Shown piece by piece: positions 52,755-64,000 of a stretch of 64,000 bases of DNA; position 1 is the stretch's first letter, and every line of letters starts with the position of its first letter. Location: positions 101,060,001 through 101,124,000 of the forward strand of contig OX597816.1 of the NCBI GenBank assembly GCA_951406725.2. The letters run 5' to 3'. The notes beneath the pieces are model-generated. The model worked only from the letters and a program-made list of their open reading frames with translations. It was not told the origin of the DNA and did no database searches. Source of the stretch: Octopus vulgaris (lineage: Eukaryota). The translations under genes and the position numbers were made by a program.

Positions 52755-55185
52755 AATTGCACTAAAGAAGAGCTCGAACACCATCTTAAAGAGACATATA
52801 GCGACACCGATAGGAATAAAGTGCTCCAAGTAGCGCTCGGGCTGATGAAATCACCTGAGCCAAGAGTACCATTCGATTTGAGTGACATCAGACGGAAAAA
52901 TTGAAAAGCAAGACGAGTTCACCAAGGAACGACGGCGTTAGCTACAAGATTTATAAGTATTGCCTGAAATTGCGTTTACGACTATTCGCAGTGATAAGAG
53001 AAATGTGGAAGAAGAAAGGTGTAGCAGAGCGCTGGTATATAGCTGAAGGTATCTATTTACCTAAAGAGAGGGAGGCAAAAATACTAGGACAATTCAGACC
53101 CATTTTACCGCTAAATATCGATGGGAAGATCATGTTCAGAATTATTGCCAAGGAGAATCATAAGATTTGTACAGCATAACGGATATGTTAATGAAGTGAT
53201 CCAGATGGCAGGGATCCCTGGAGTCTCTAGATGCATAGAACATGCATTTACCATCTGAGAAACTATCAACAGTGCAAAACAACTGAAGAAAACCTGTACA
53301 TTGTATTCTTAGATTTTCCCAATGCATATGGATCTGTTCTACACGCACTAATTCAAGCAGCTATGGATTTCTTTTGGATTTCAGATGTTCAAACGAATTC
53401 TGATGTATTACTACGATAAATTGAGGATGAGATATATAGCAGAAAAGTTCACAACGGAGTGGCAACGGCTAGAAATAGCTATTGCAGCTGGATGTACAAT
53501 ATCAGTCATCTTATTTGTGATAGTCATGAAGATGTTACTAAGATCAACAAACTGTACGAAAGCTGCTACAGAGACACCATTAAGGGCTTTTATGGACGAC
53601 ATTACTGTATTGTCAGTAAGTAGAGAAGCAGTTGATGGAACGTTAGAGCGGTTGGGCGAGCTAATAAGATGGGCGAGAATGAAATTCAAAGACAAGAAAT
53701 CTCAAAGTGTGGCATTCGTGAAAGGCGTCCAAAAAGAAGTGAAGTTCAGGATAGGAGGTGAAGAAATACCAGCCGTGAAAGAACAATCAGTAAAAAGTCT
53801 CGACAGATGGTAGAGAGATTTATTAAATGATAAGAAGCAAGTCATAGAAACACACAAATTAGTGGAACAGAGTCTAATGATAATTGATAGGACAACATTT
53901 CCAGGGAAATTCAAATGCTGGATACTGCAATTTGGACTGTACCCAAGGATAGCGTGGCCATTGCAAATGTATGCATAACCTCAAATAGAGTAGAAAGGAT
54001 AGAACAAAGATGCAATATGTTTATCAGAAAATGGCTTGGTCTTCCAAAACCGCTGAATACAACTGCACTATATGGAAAACCAGTGTTGCAACAACCGATA
54101 ACATCAATCGTCGAAGAATATAAGGCAGGAAAGGTGCGGGCAGTAATGGAGCTAAGGTATTCGAAAGATCAGAACATCCGAGAAAACCTTCCAGAGGTAC
54201 GAACAGGAAGTAAAGGGAAAGCTGAAGGAGCAGTAAACAGTGCGATCGGAAACCATTTTGCTTGAGCAGTGTAAAAGAGATGAAGGAGGCAGTGGTACAC
54301 GAAGTGAGAAAGGAGGAAAAAGAACAGCGAAATGTGCATTTGGTGCAATGTAATCAACAGAGACAATGCCTGAGATTGGTGAAATATGTGGTCAGCTGCA
54401 GAATCTCATGGCAGGAGCTTTGGGCTTGGGAACAAGCAAGAATATCCTTCCTGATCAAGTTTACCTTCGATGTTGTGCCTTCACTGGCCAATTTAGTCCG
54501 GTGGAACCCACAAACGACTGATGAATGTAAATGCGGAGAGAAAGCGACTATGTGACATGTTCTGTTAAACTGCAAGTTAATACTAGACAGACAGATATAC
54601 ATGGCGTCACAACTAAGTCCTCAGTTTCATAAGCGCAGCACTCAAGGAGAAGATCGAGGGATATAATAGGAGTGAGTACCTAAAAGTGGAAAAACACAGA
54701 CGGATATGCTTCCAGAAGGAGGAAAAAGGACATAAGACCAGGCCTTCAAAGAAGTATACAAGACAGACGAAAGATTGAAAGGATACTGGGAGCTGGTTGC
54801 AGATTTGGAAAGATTGTTAATATGTCCACTCATAAAGACAACAAAAAGACCGGACTTAATCCTATGAAATACGGACCGAAAAATTGGAATTTTGCTAGAG
54901 CTGACAGTACCGGGGGAAGAGAACATCTCTAATGCGGAGCAACGGAAGAGGAGGAGGCATGAGAAGTTGATCGAAGAGTGCGGGGAACAGATGTGGACTG
55001 TCGAGTATTACCACTTAGCAGTGAGTGCTAGAGGCTTCATTGAAAGGAAAATGCTGAAGTTATTTAAAAAAAAATGATTTGCATTTTCGAGCACAGAACT
55101 GAGAAAAGTAATAAGGAGGATGCAGAAGGCAGTCGACAAGGCCAGCTTCTATATATGGCTGAAACGAGAAGACCCAAATGACTAG
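52755..55185 (+). pseudogene. HERO-type (R2 group, RLE) non-LTR retrotransposon ORF, 5'-truncated and frameshifted
   Basis: CTKEELEHHLKETYSD, QFRPI.PLNIDGKI, FLDFPNAYGSV.H, WQRLE.AIAAGCTIS.ILF, RAFMDD, WARMKFK, RKWLGLP, CKCG..H...C, RY.WRHN, RPDLI, ELTVP.EE, V.ARGF, IWLKRED*. Clade assigned from remembered motifs. Confidence 0.85.
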
Positions 55186-55675
55186 AAAACCGTCTGGGAA
55201 ATAGCGTCGCCAGGTGAGTCTGGCTGGCATTTACATAGCGTTGCTGAGTAACGAGTAGGCCGAGGGAACCATCTTGTTCATTGCGCACCCTCTTCCCCGA
55301 TAGTTTGAAGGCTTGTACCACGAGACAGCTAGTCGGCTCTGGTTGCTAGAACTGAAACCCACATGACTCTGTTGGAAGGCTTAAAGTGAGCGCGAGCCAA
55401 AAATACGCGCCCTTCTCCATTGGTAAGTAGACTGCGCCACCTGACAGTTAGTCGACATGGGCTGTTGAATCTGAGACTGTATCACGTGAAAGTTAGCTGG
55501 CGCTGGCTACTGGGGCAGATCTAAAGGGAGATTTGTCAGGGTGGTTATTCGTCCACTGACATTCGATGATACTGCATGGAAGACGACGCAACCAAAGAAC
55601 AAGAAAACGCATTCAGCACCAGAGCTGAAGACACCTCCAAAAGTTGGCGGTGGAGGGGGGCACCACGTCAGAAAA

Positions 55676-55726
55676 TGGTAGAGGAGTAGGGCCGAAACCG
55701 GACGTGGTTACTCCTGATGACGTCCT
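55676..55726 (+). ncRNA. Candidate non-circularly permuted hammerhead ribozyme at the HERO 3' end
   Basis: ugGUA-gag..agggcc-GAAA-ccg..cuc-CUGAUGA-cguccu; all three stems can form, but in rearranged order. Confidence 0.55.
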
Positions 55727-56463
55727 TAGCTACTGGATCCTATAAAGTAGTTGCTGAGTTAGCGAACAACGAAATGTGATTGGAATTCCTACAGGTTGCA
55801 GGATTTTGAGCATAAGATAGTGTGCATACCTGCAAATATACTTAAGCAGAATTTCTGTCTACCAAATTCGATAAAATATGCTATTATTAAATCTGAAGTT
55901 GCAGCAGAGAAACGCATGCGGGAAGATGCCACACATTAGAAGCGAACTGTAAACTACGTAGTCGCGGATCGAAACCATTTCAATGGCTTTAAATGGATGA
56001 CGGACAAATCGTCTTATTTGACAGAAACTAGTCCAACGCATATAATTTTCTCACTCCTCTTGAAAGTTTTAACACTCTAAGTTACTCACCAATTTTATTG
56101 TATTAGGATAAATATCACATGTTAAATATCAAATGTAGCATTGAAAATAAAAGGTTTAATTCCGGCAGAATAGCAAATTTAAGCGGAAACCCACGAATGT
56201 TAACGAATCACAAAAACTGCTCTTCCCATCTGTCTTTACAATTTTGCTAGTGCTTTTCGCCATACACTCATAATTTGTTCCTCAGCTAGACAATACGTAT
56301 ATTAAATATACTGAAACTAGTCGATATTTTCTTCAGCTCATCCAGGAGAGGGATTGACAGACAGACAATCAGAGACAGGGAGATAGAGAGAGACAGAGAC
56401 AGAGACAGACAGACAGAGACAGAGACAGAGAGACAGACAGAGATACAGACAGACAGAGAGTGC

Positions 56464-56510
<47 letters not shown>

Positions 56511-58495
56511 TGTGTTAGTGTGTGTGAAGGAGAGAGAGAGGAAGAAAGAGAGAGACTCCTGTTGTTTAATCACAGGAGTCTATTCACACAGTATGGCTAA
56601 ATGTCAGTTTATTAAACGTACGTACATATGTAAATTCATTTTCTACATATCGATACATACTGTTCTATCATTACTTTAGTCCCTTACGCGCGCGCGTGTG
56701 TGTGTGTGTGTAAGTGGGCATTATTTAATCTGTACACGAAGGGGAAACGTACTATAAAGTTATAGCTTGGAATAAATGAATAAACTCTACAATAGCTTTT
56801 GAATATTCTTTTTCCCTCCTTTGCTTCATAGACCTATAAAACGCATTCACAAGCACGCGCGCATACACGCATGTATATACATACTTACACATATATTCGT
56901 GTACGTCTCATGTGTATGCTTGTATGGATGCATATATATGTGTGCGTGTGCGCTAATACATACGTGCACACACACACACACACACACATACGTACGTGTA
57001 TGTGTGTGTGTGTGTGTGTGTGCAAACACTTTTGTGAACTACGAAACTGGCGAAAATTCACCTGTCTAACTAGGGAAATATATTTTAAAAGAATATATCA
57101 AAGACAGTTGAAATCTGCATTTCAGCTCCTGTAGGCTGCACTTGTAAAAGTTGTTATCAATATTATCGGAATCCTTTGATGTAAATCGAACACCGATTGA
57201 AACCAGTTCTGCATTTGATCTCAGCCAAATATTCAACTATAGTTGACTTCAAAAAGAATTTCCCAGACGACTAAATTTATCACAAGAATTTAGGCTGTAA
57301 AACAAATAATTAAAGTCTTACTAGTTTTCAATTTCACACGAGCAAAATATATTTATATTCTTTTACTTGTCTACGTCATGGGACTGTTGCGATACTGAGG
57401 AAATACTTCCAGGGGTTTATAGTCGATAATATTGACCCGAGTGCTTTGTCTGGTGCTTATCTTACCGATAGTGTAAGAAACGGAATGCAACGTAGTTATT
57501 GGCAGAAATAGTGATAATTCGGTCGGATATAAATAACGCAAAATATCAATTATGGAATATACTGTTATTTGTCCCTACACGCCCATACAAATACACATAT
57601 ACTCAAGGAGAGCGAAGCAAATCCGTAGCTTTCACCTGTTGCTAACAAAGATAGCATGCACCCACACTATTCATTTGCAGAAAAATTTAAACCAGTTCAT
57701 AGCGTAGGAAATATCTCACTTATTTGCTAAGCCATGTCTGACGACTGCTAAATTACTTTTACATTAATGGGAAACTCTTTAACATGAAACCGTTCATAGA
57801 AACTGAACAAGATTAAATTCGATAATGTGGCTGAGATTATATATATATATATCTGGTGTTGACCAAAAAGTTCGTGTGTTTTTTTGAGGGAAAATAATAC
57901 GCATGTTTTAAACTTTTAAACATGAAGTGATTTGTTCGAATCCACATTTATTCGCTAATCACTCGATATAATGAACAATAAGTGTCATATAACGTTCTGA
58001 CTGGAAATATCTTTAAGTATCTTAGCACATACTCTCCGTATTCTACTAATTCAGCTATAATTTTATAGGTGTCACACAAAATTATGCAATTAGGCTAAGA
58101 GGAAACTCAGAAGAGTTGGGGACGATACACAACGCGATACACTATTCTCACTACTATGATTTAACGTAGCGGCTGTAGGGTCATTGGAGCTTCTCGGTCA
58201 AATTCCCCTCAAATACCCTTTGTGTTTGAAAATGATACATAGGATAACGTGATACTCATTTCTTTGAGAAAAAAAAAAGAGGCAAACCACGGCATGAAGA
58301 TTGCTAGAATATTTTTACGCATAGATGTACTCCAGCAGAAAATACATGAGCCAACACAGTCTCTACGAAATATCAGCCAAATCTATCATAAATGGCACCA
58401 TACTATCATGAAAGGGCAAGTAAAATAGCATGATGATTAAAAAAGAAATTGGAATATTTTTGGCCATATGTGCGCTTCATCAAAACTGACCTAGG

Positions 58496-58724
58496 TTTAC
58501 CCATTTAGCATTTAGATTCCTCTTTCAAATGTAATGCTTATTTATTCACATTGATATGAATTAGTCGTGCATTACCTGAGAGCTTTGAAATTTCAATGAT
58601 GTGAGTGTTAATTTTTAGAATAACGTTGTAGGGTAAGTGTGAGAGACCAGATCTGGCCAGTTTGAAGATAAAATAGGTAGATTATTTTGGCTGGATATGG
58701 CCGGTTTAAATGTTAAAGAGTTAA
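58496..58724. mobile_element. piggyBac-type MITE
   Basis: Imperfect TIRs cccatttagcattta / taaatgttaaagag bounded by ttta and TTAA. Confidence 0.65.
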
Positions 58725-61049
58725 ATTTCAAGATTCGCAACAACTGTTATGCGTATTCGACTCTACGAGGAGAGCGCCGACATTGTCACTGAATTTGCTA
58801 GAAATAACAACAAAATCTACCTTAGTTCCACACCATTCTGTCTTTGTTGTTTTGGATTTACTTCCAGCCTCTTATTATTTCGCTCATTCTCTTTGTTTAT
58901 CATCTCTATTTTCTCTCATTTTCGTTCATTTTATCTCTTCAATATGATTCATTTATTTTCTACCTACATACAATTCCTTATTCTTTCCATTTGTTGTTTG
59001 TTATGTTTTTATTTTTCCTCCATTTGCTTTCTTCCATTTTATCCTACTTTATTTCCTCTTTATCGTTAATTCCTCTCTCCCTTCTGTATTTCTTCTAACT
59101 TCCAGTACCGAATAAAATCTGTCTATTTAAGTTTCAATAGAATAGCCAGTAAACATTATATATATATATATCCCTGAGACAGGGTAGTTTTTTTGTACGT
59201 TGTATGTTGACCGCTGTTCTCTTTAAAAGTTAAGCTTCTTTACAATTTTCCTTTAATAATAAATAATCGAATTAACATCCAAACATAATTATTTCTAAAT
59301 CCGATCTTCTGATAATAACATGGAAAATTTTCTGATAATAGTCTCGTTTTCATACTACTTTGTTTAGTATGAGTTTGTACACATGCGCACACACACTTGC
59401 GCGCAATATGTATGTGTGCGAGTGTGTGTGTATGTGTGCGTGTGCGTGTGTGTGCGCGCGCGTACGATTGTGTGTATACACACACGTATATATTACTACT
59501 AACTGCATTCACTTTATCTTCCAAACATTTGGATTAGCTGATATTATTGAAGTTATTTCCAAAACTATCGTTAGTTTTAAGCACAGAGGGAGTTTTTACC
59601 AATACATTGCAAGGATAATTTCAGTTACTAAAAGTTTTTCAAATCTACTGTATCATACATAACATTAGCTCCAAGTTGGTCTACAGTGCTATATGCAGGA
59701 AGGATCGTCCTGATGGTCATACCAAAGGCACACTGAAGCTAGAAAGTATTCACAACTTTAAAGATAAAGAATACTAGTGGAACAGTCCATGAAAAGCCAC
59801 ATAGCGTAAGTACAACCGGTCAGATATGTTGTATAGGACAGATCAAAAGCCGTGCACCTTTGAGAGATCAGCTACTCAGCAGATGTAAATGCCCCTTGAA
59901 TAAGTAGAGGAAAAAGTTCATCTATGGAGACCTGATGAGTCAGGCTGTAGATTTTCCTTTGCTCGTATTATCATTGGTACACTGGGTAACTTAACAAAAT
60001 ATCTACATAAAATCTTAGAAGTACTTGGGTTGCCCCCACCCGTTCCAAAAAGAAAAAGAGAATCGAACAGACTGATTCACATTCCCCAAATACAATCGAT
60101 CAGAGAAACAGGGAAATTTTGTAAAACATTTCAGGGATTCTCCATTTGAGGTCCCTGGGTGAACACAATCACATATACATAAGAAATACACAGTTGTATT
60201 CTATCATGACACACACACTCACGAGTGCAAGTTTATCCTCAGGCACACGCATGCACACACAACACACATGTGACACGATAAAGAGTAAAGGAAGTCACGG
60301 GAATGAACGATCATCGATTTGTATGTATATACGTGTATGTATATATGTGTGTATTATTAACGCCATTTTTTTCATTTCATCTAAATGAGGCATAGGAAAA
60401 AATAAATACCATTCTATACCTTTGAAGTTGGCAGCAACAGGTTAATGCAGTCAAAATGAAGGTTAAAGAACACTGAGAATTAAATAACTAGCGTAGGTAG
60501 CAAAATGCTGCCACACAACAAAAAAGCCGTGATGCAGGACAGACATCTTGTATGATGTTTTACGGTCTTGCGCCGCCCACAGAGTTATTCAGTATTACAT
60601 GATCTGAAGATCTCTCCAATGGCATTCTTTAACAGCTCATCTGTTGTGTACAAACGACAGCGAGTTTGATGAATGTACAGCTGTTTCTCACTATAAAAAA
60701 CTTTTGCGCTTCTCAAACATCTACTTATTGTAGATGCTATGACATCGGCAAATCTGACGGCGGAGATACAATATAAATGTATATGTGTCTCTGCATGTGT
60801 GTGCGTGTGTGTGCGCGCATGTATATACGAGCAAGGCATCCCGGTGTTGCCCAAATGTTATGATCAATAGCCATATTGCATTATTTGTTCCTTTTTTATG
60901 GGCAGAATTGGCACAGCTGGCGTAATGGAAGCTATTGTTTGCTTAAAAGCGAAAGTGGGGAGAGTACAATTTGCATGGGTTTGTATGAGAGTGCTTTCTG
61001 TTCTTAAAAGGGATCACAAACTATGTATTGTTTCATCGTATAAAAGGGG

Positions 61050-61447
61050 GTTAATACGATTTTTGCCCAGAAATCACGGTTTCAAAATTTTAATTCCCCA
61101 CACCACATCCCCACCACAATTTCTTAATTTGTAACTTTTTTCCGAATTTTTTTTATCTACATATTAAAATACAGAGATTATGAATCTGGGAAAAACACAC
61201 TTTTTTAAAGTTTAATTTTTCTTAAAGAAACACTTCGCACACCCATTACCTACCCGCTTTCAAGAAGCTAAAACCTCCCAATGTTTCAAAGAAGAAAACT
61301 CTTAAAGATTTGTACTCTCTGTCTTTTTCTCTGTGGATTACCAAGAAAAATATTTGGAAAAAAGTAAAAATGAAGAAATTGGGGTGTGTGGGAAAATATT
61401 AAAATATTGGGAACATGTTTTAGGGGCGAACTCCTAATCCTGTATCA
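61050..61447. mobile_element. Decayed MITE-like element with about 100-bp imperfect inverted ends
   Basis: attttaattccccacac..caatttcttaatttgtaacttttttccgaat mirrored by atatttggaaaaaagtaaaaatgaagaaattggggtgtgtgggaaaatattaaaat. Confidence 0.6.
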
Positions 61448-61681
61448 AAAACAGGAATTGGAAGAAATTTAGGAAAAAAAAGGTGGCGGCGGAAATGCTA
61501 GAAACAACAGGTAAAGGATAGGATTTCTGGGAAAACTTCCTTTTAAGTTTATATCGAAGATCAGGTTTTTAAATACGCTCATCACAAACACAAATAGAAA
61601 AAGATAATTTCAATTGGTTTTGAGCTGTAATTTTGCGCGTGCACACAGCAAGAAATAACATAATTCGTATAGAAGTTTTAC

Positions 61682-61732
<51 letters not shown>

Positions 61733-62900
61733 GTGTGTGTGCGTGTGTGTGTGTTTGCGTGAAAATGAAGTTATTTTATGGCATTCTTTCGTTTGGAGCA
61801 GCAAAGTTGTCATCCCGATCATATAGTTTGGTCATTTGGGATCATATGAGTGTTCGTTAATTTCTGTAATTTTTTTCATTTCTTTATGCTTGGAAGAAAG
61901 GAGGAATTGTTTTGAAGTGAGAGCAGAAAGTGAAAGACGTATGCACGTGCATATGAAATGGACGTGTGTCTATGTGTGTATGTGTGTGTGTGTGTGTGTG
62001 TGCGCGCGTGAGAGAGAGAGAGAGAGAGAGTGAATGAGTGAAGGTGTGTGTTGTCATGTATGCATTTTTTGCTTGTATATGTAAGTGGCACTCACTCGCT
62101 CTGTCTCGCTATCTCTCTCTCTCTCTCTATCGCTCTCTGTATCCCACAAACACACACACATTATCTTTCATATACACGTACTTAAATACATATCCATACG
62201 TCTTTTTTTATATGTGTGTGAGTATGCATGTGCATGTGTGAGAGACAGAGAGAGAGAGAGAAAGAGAGGGATAATGACTGTATTTCCACCTAACATATAG
62301 AGAAATGGATGTCTTTTGATGAAATTTATTTTTGGTTGTGGATTATTTTAATACAATATTTATGTGTACATTTTCATAAAAGTCGGTCTGAGTAGAATTT
62401 TTGGAACCACAGTTGAGACAGGCTAACGCTTATTGTCCGATCCCCATATACTGCATTAATATTCCTCGCACTATTCCGTTGCATTGTTGCCTTTATTGAA
62501 CTTATCAAGCAAAATACGCCGAATATATTCCTTTTTCACTTCCATTATAGCTTTGAAAAAAATAACTGTTAAAATCGAAATGCAATCTTCAAGGCTTGCA
62601 CTAAGAATAAGAACAAGGTAAAATTACTACCTGCTTTTACATCAAGTTGATGCAGGTAGTTTATCCCATCTTCCTCCGACTTTTAGTTCATACAATTGAA
62701 ATAACCGCATTATTTAAGGGATGACCCAATATATATATAGATAAATGATGAGCATCTTTCTTTATTACAGCACAGATGTGACTAATTCAGAGAAACATTA
62801 CTTTCATTATCCACACATCGTCGCACTCGTTTCATGTTAAGAAATGTAGGAATATATGCTAGTGTCTTAACTTTTGAAGCCGATTATATGGAGAAAGGTG

Positions 62901-62932
<32 letters not shown>

Positions 62933-62936
<4 letters not shown>

Positions 62937-63584
62937 TTAAATCCTTAAATCCTTAAAAATGTTTTAGCCCGAAGGCCGCGGCCATGCTGGGGCACCACCG
63001 CTGAATGAGCTACACTAATTTGTGAATCCACCTCTGATACGTGGCACTTGATCAACAAGGGTGTTCGATGCTGCTGCCCGCATCCGCGTCTCCTGTCGTG
63101 AGGTAGGCTCATCTGGGACTCCCAACAAGAAGAGATCCAGTTTAGTTTTAAAGAAACCCACATCCACACCATGTAAGTCTCTCAGGCATTTAGGGAGGAT
63201 GTTAAAGAGCTGTGGTCCTCTGAAACCCAAGCTGTTGCAGTATCTGGACCTGTATTTTGATGGTGATGTAGGAATCCTTGGCACCATGCAGTGGCGCCCC
63301 GTTCTGCGGTTGGAGTAACTTTGAATGCCAAAGTTTGGGACAAGACCCTCCATGATTTTCCAGATGTATATCACTGCATATCTCTCCCGCCTCCGCTCTA
63401 GGGAGAAGAGGTTTAATACCTTCAGTCTTTCCCAGTAGCTGATATTTTGCATTGAGACGATTTTCTTTGTGTAGCTTCTCTGAATTGCTTCGAGTTCTGC
63501 TGTTAGTTTTATATTGTGTGGTGACCAAAGTTGGGAGCAGTAGTCCAAGCGGCTGAGGACGAATGTTTTCCATAGGACCATCAT
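62933..63584 (-). mobile_element. Young 5'-truncated CR1-like LINE 3' end inserted in (TA)n
   Basis: Uninterrupted about 190-codon frame with SRLDYCSQLWSP, LEAIQRSYTK, YWERLKVLNLFSLERRR, FKTKLD.FL; short 3' UTR; tail of three 8-bp units (TTAAGGAT). Confidence 0.93.
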
Positions 63585-63605
63585 ATATATATATATATTA
63601 TACAC

Positions 63606-63649
<44 letters not shown>

Positions 63650-64000
63650 AATCAGAGAATAGGTGACAGGTAGATATGCTCAGTATACTGTTGCTCAAGT
63701 GAATTTGAACTCAAATTCCGAATTCTTCTTCCAGGACTAGGTCCACGACATCGAGTGCGGCTATAAGAGAAATCCGAGGCAAGCTGAAATTGAGGCAGTG
63801 ATGCAGATAAACACAATTAGGTTATACTTTACCATCATAATACCTCATTATTTCATATGTTCTCTGAAATATACGAACAGATTCGCCACTTTTATTTAGT
63901 GCCATGTGCAATGAGCCACGGAGGAAGGTCTTATACATTTACGCTCTACCTGCGAGAAATCAATGCCAGATCCACGTTAAATGACAACCTTACCATTTTA

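Noticed and set aside
60585-60780. Non-repetitive minus-strand ORF segment (..YTTDELLKNAIGEIFRS..) as a possible exon
   Set aside because: No recognisable domain or convincing splice sites; could be a transposon remnant or chance.

Overview
AT-rich, microsatellite-dense eukaryotic non-coding DNA (large intron or intergenic). The SINE families resemble coleoid cephalopod, probably Octopus, repeats (inference from repeat recognition). No host protein-coding exon is supported; nearly all ORFs in the track are microsatellite translations or transposon remnants. Recognisable elements: many tRNA-derived SINEs of three families, a decayed 5'-truncated R4/Dong LINE (23.6-25.9 kb) plus two fragments, a decayed HERO-type RLE LINE (52.4-55.7 kb), two CR1-like LINE pieces, an internally deleted mariner, Penelope-like remnants, MITEs and a tandem pair of composite Helitrons (10.3-14.3 kb). 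The most interesting layer is RNA structure. There is a candidate hammerhead ribozyme with non-circularly permuted segment order at the HERO 3' end, a candidate hammerhead with a compensatory G3-C8 core swap inside a 259-bp palindrome carried as Helitron cargo, and several decayed minimal type I hammerheads, all on the minus strand. Both RLE LINEs also have a 230-310 bp copy of downstream sequence fused to their truncated 5' ends. All alignments and identities were judged by eye; boundaries of decayed elements are approximate.
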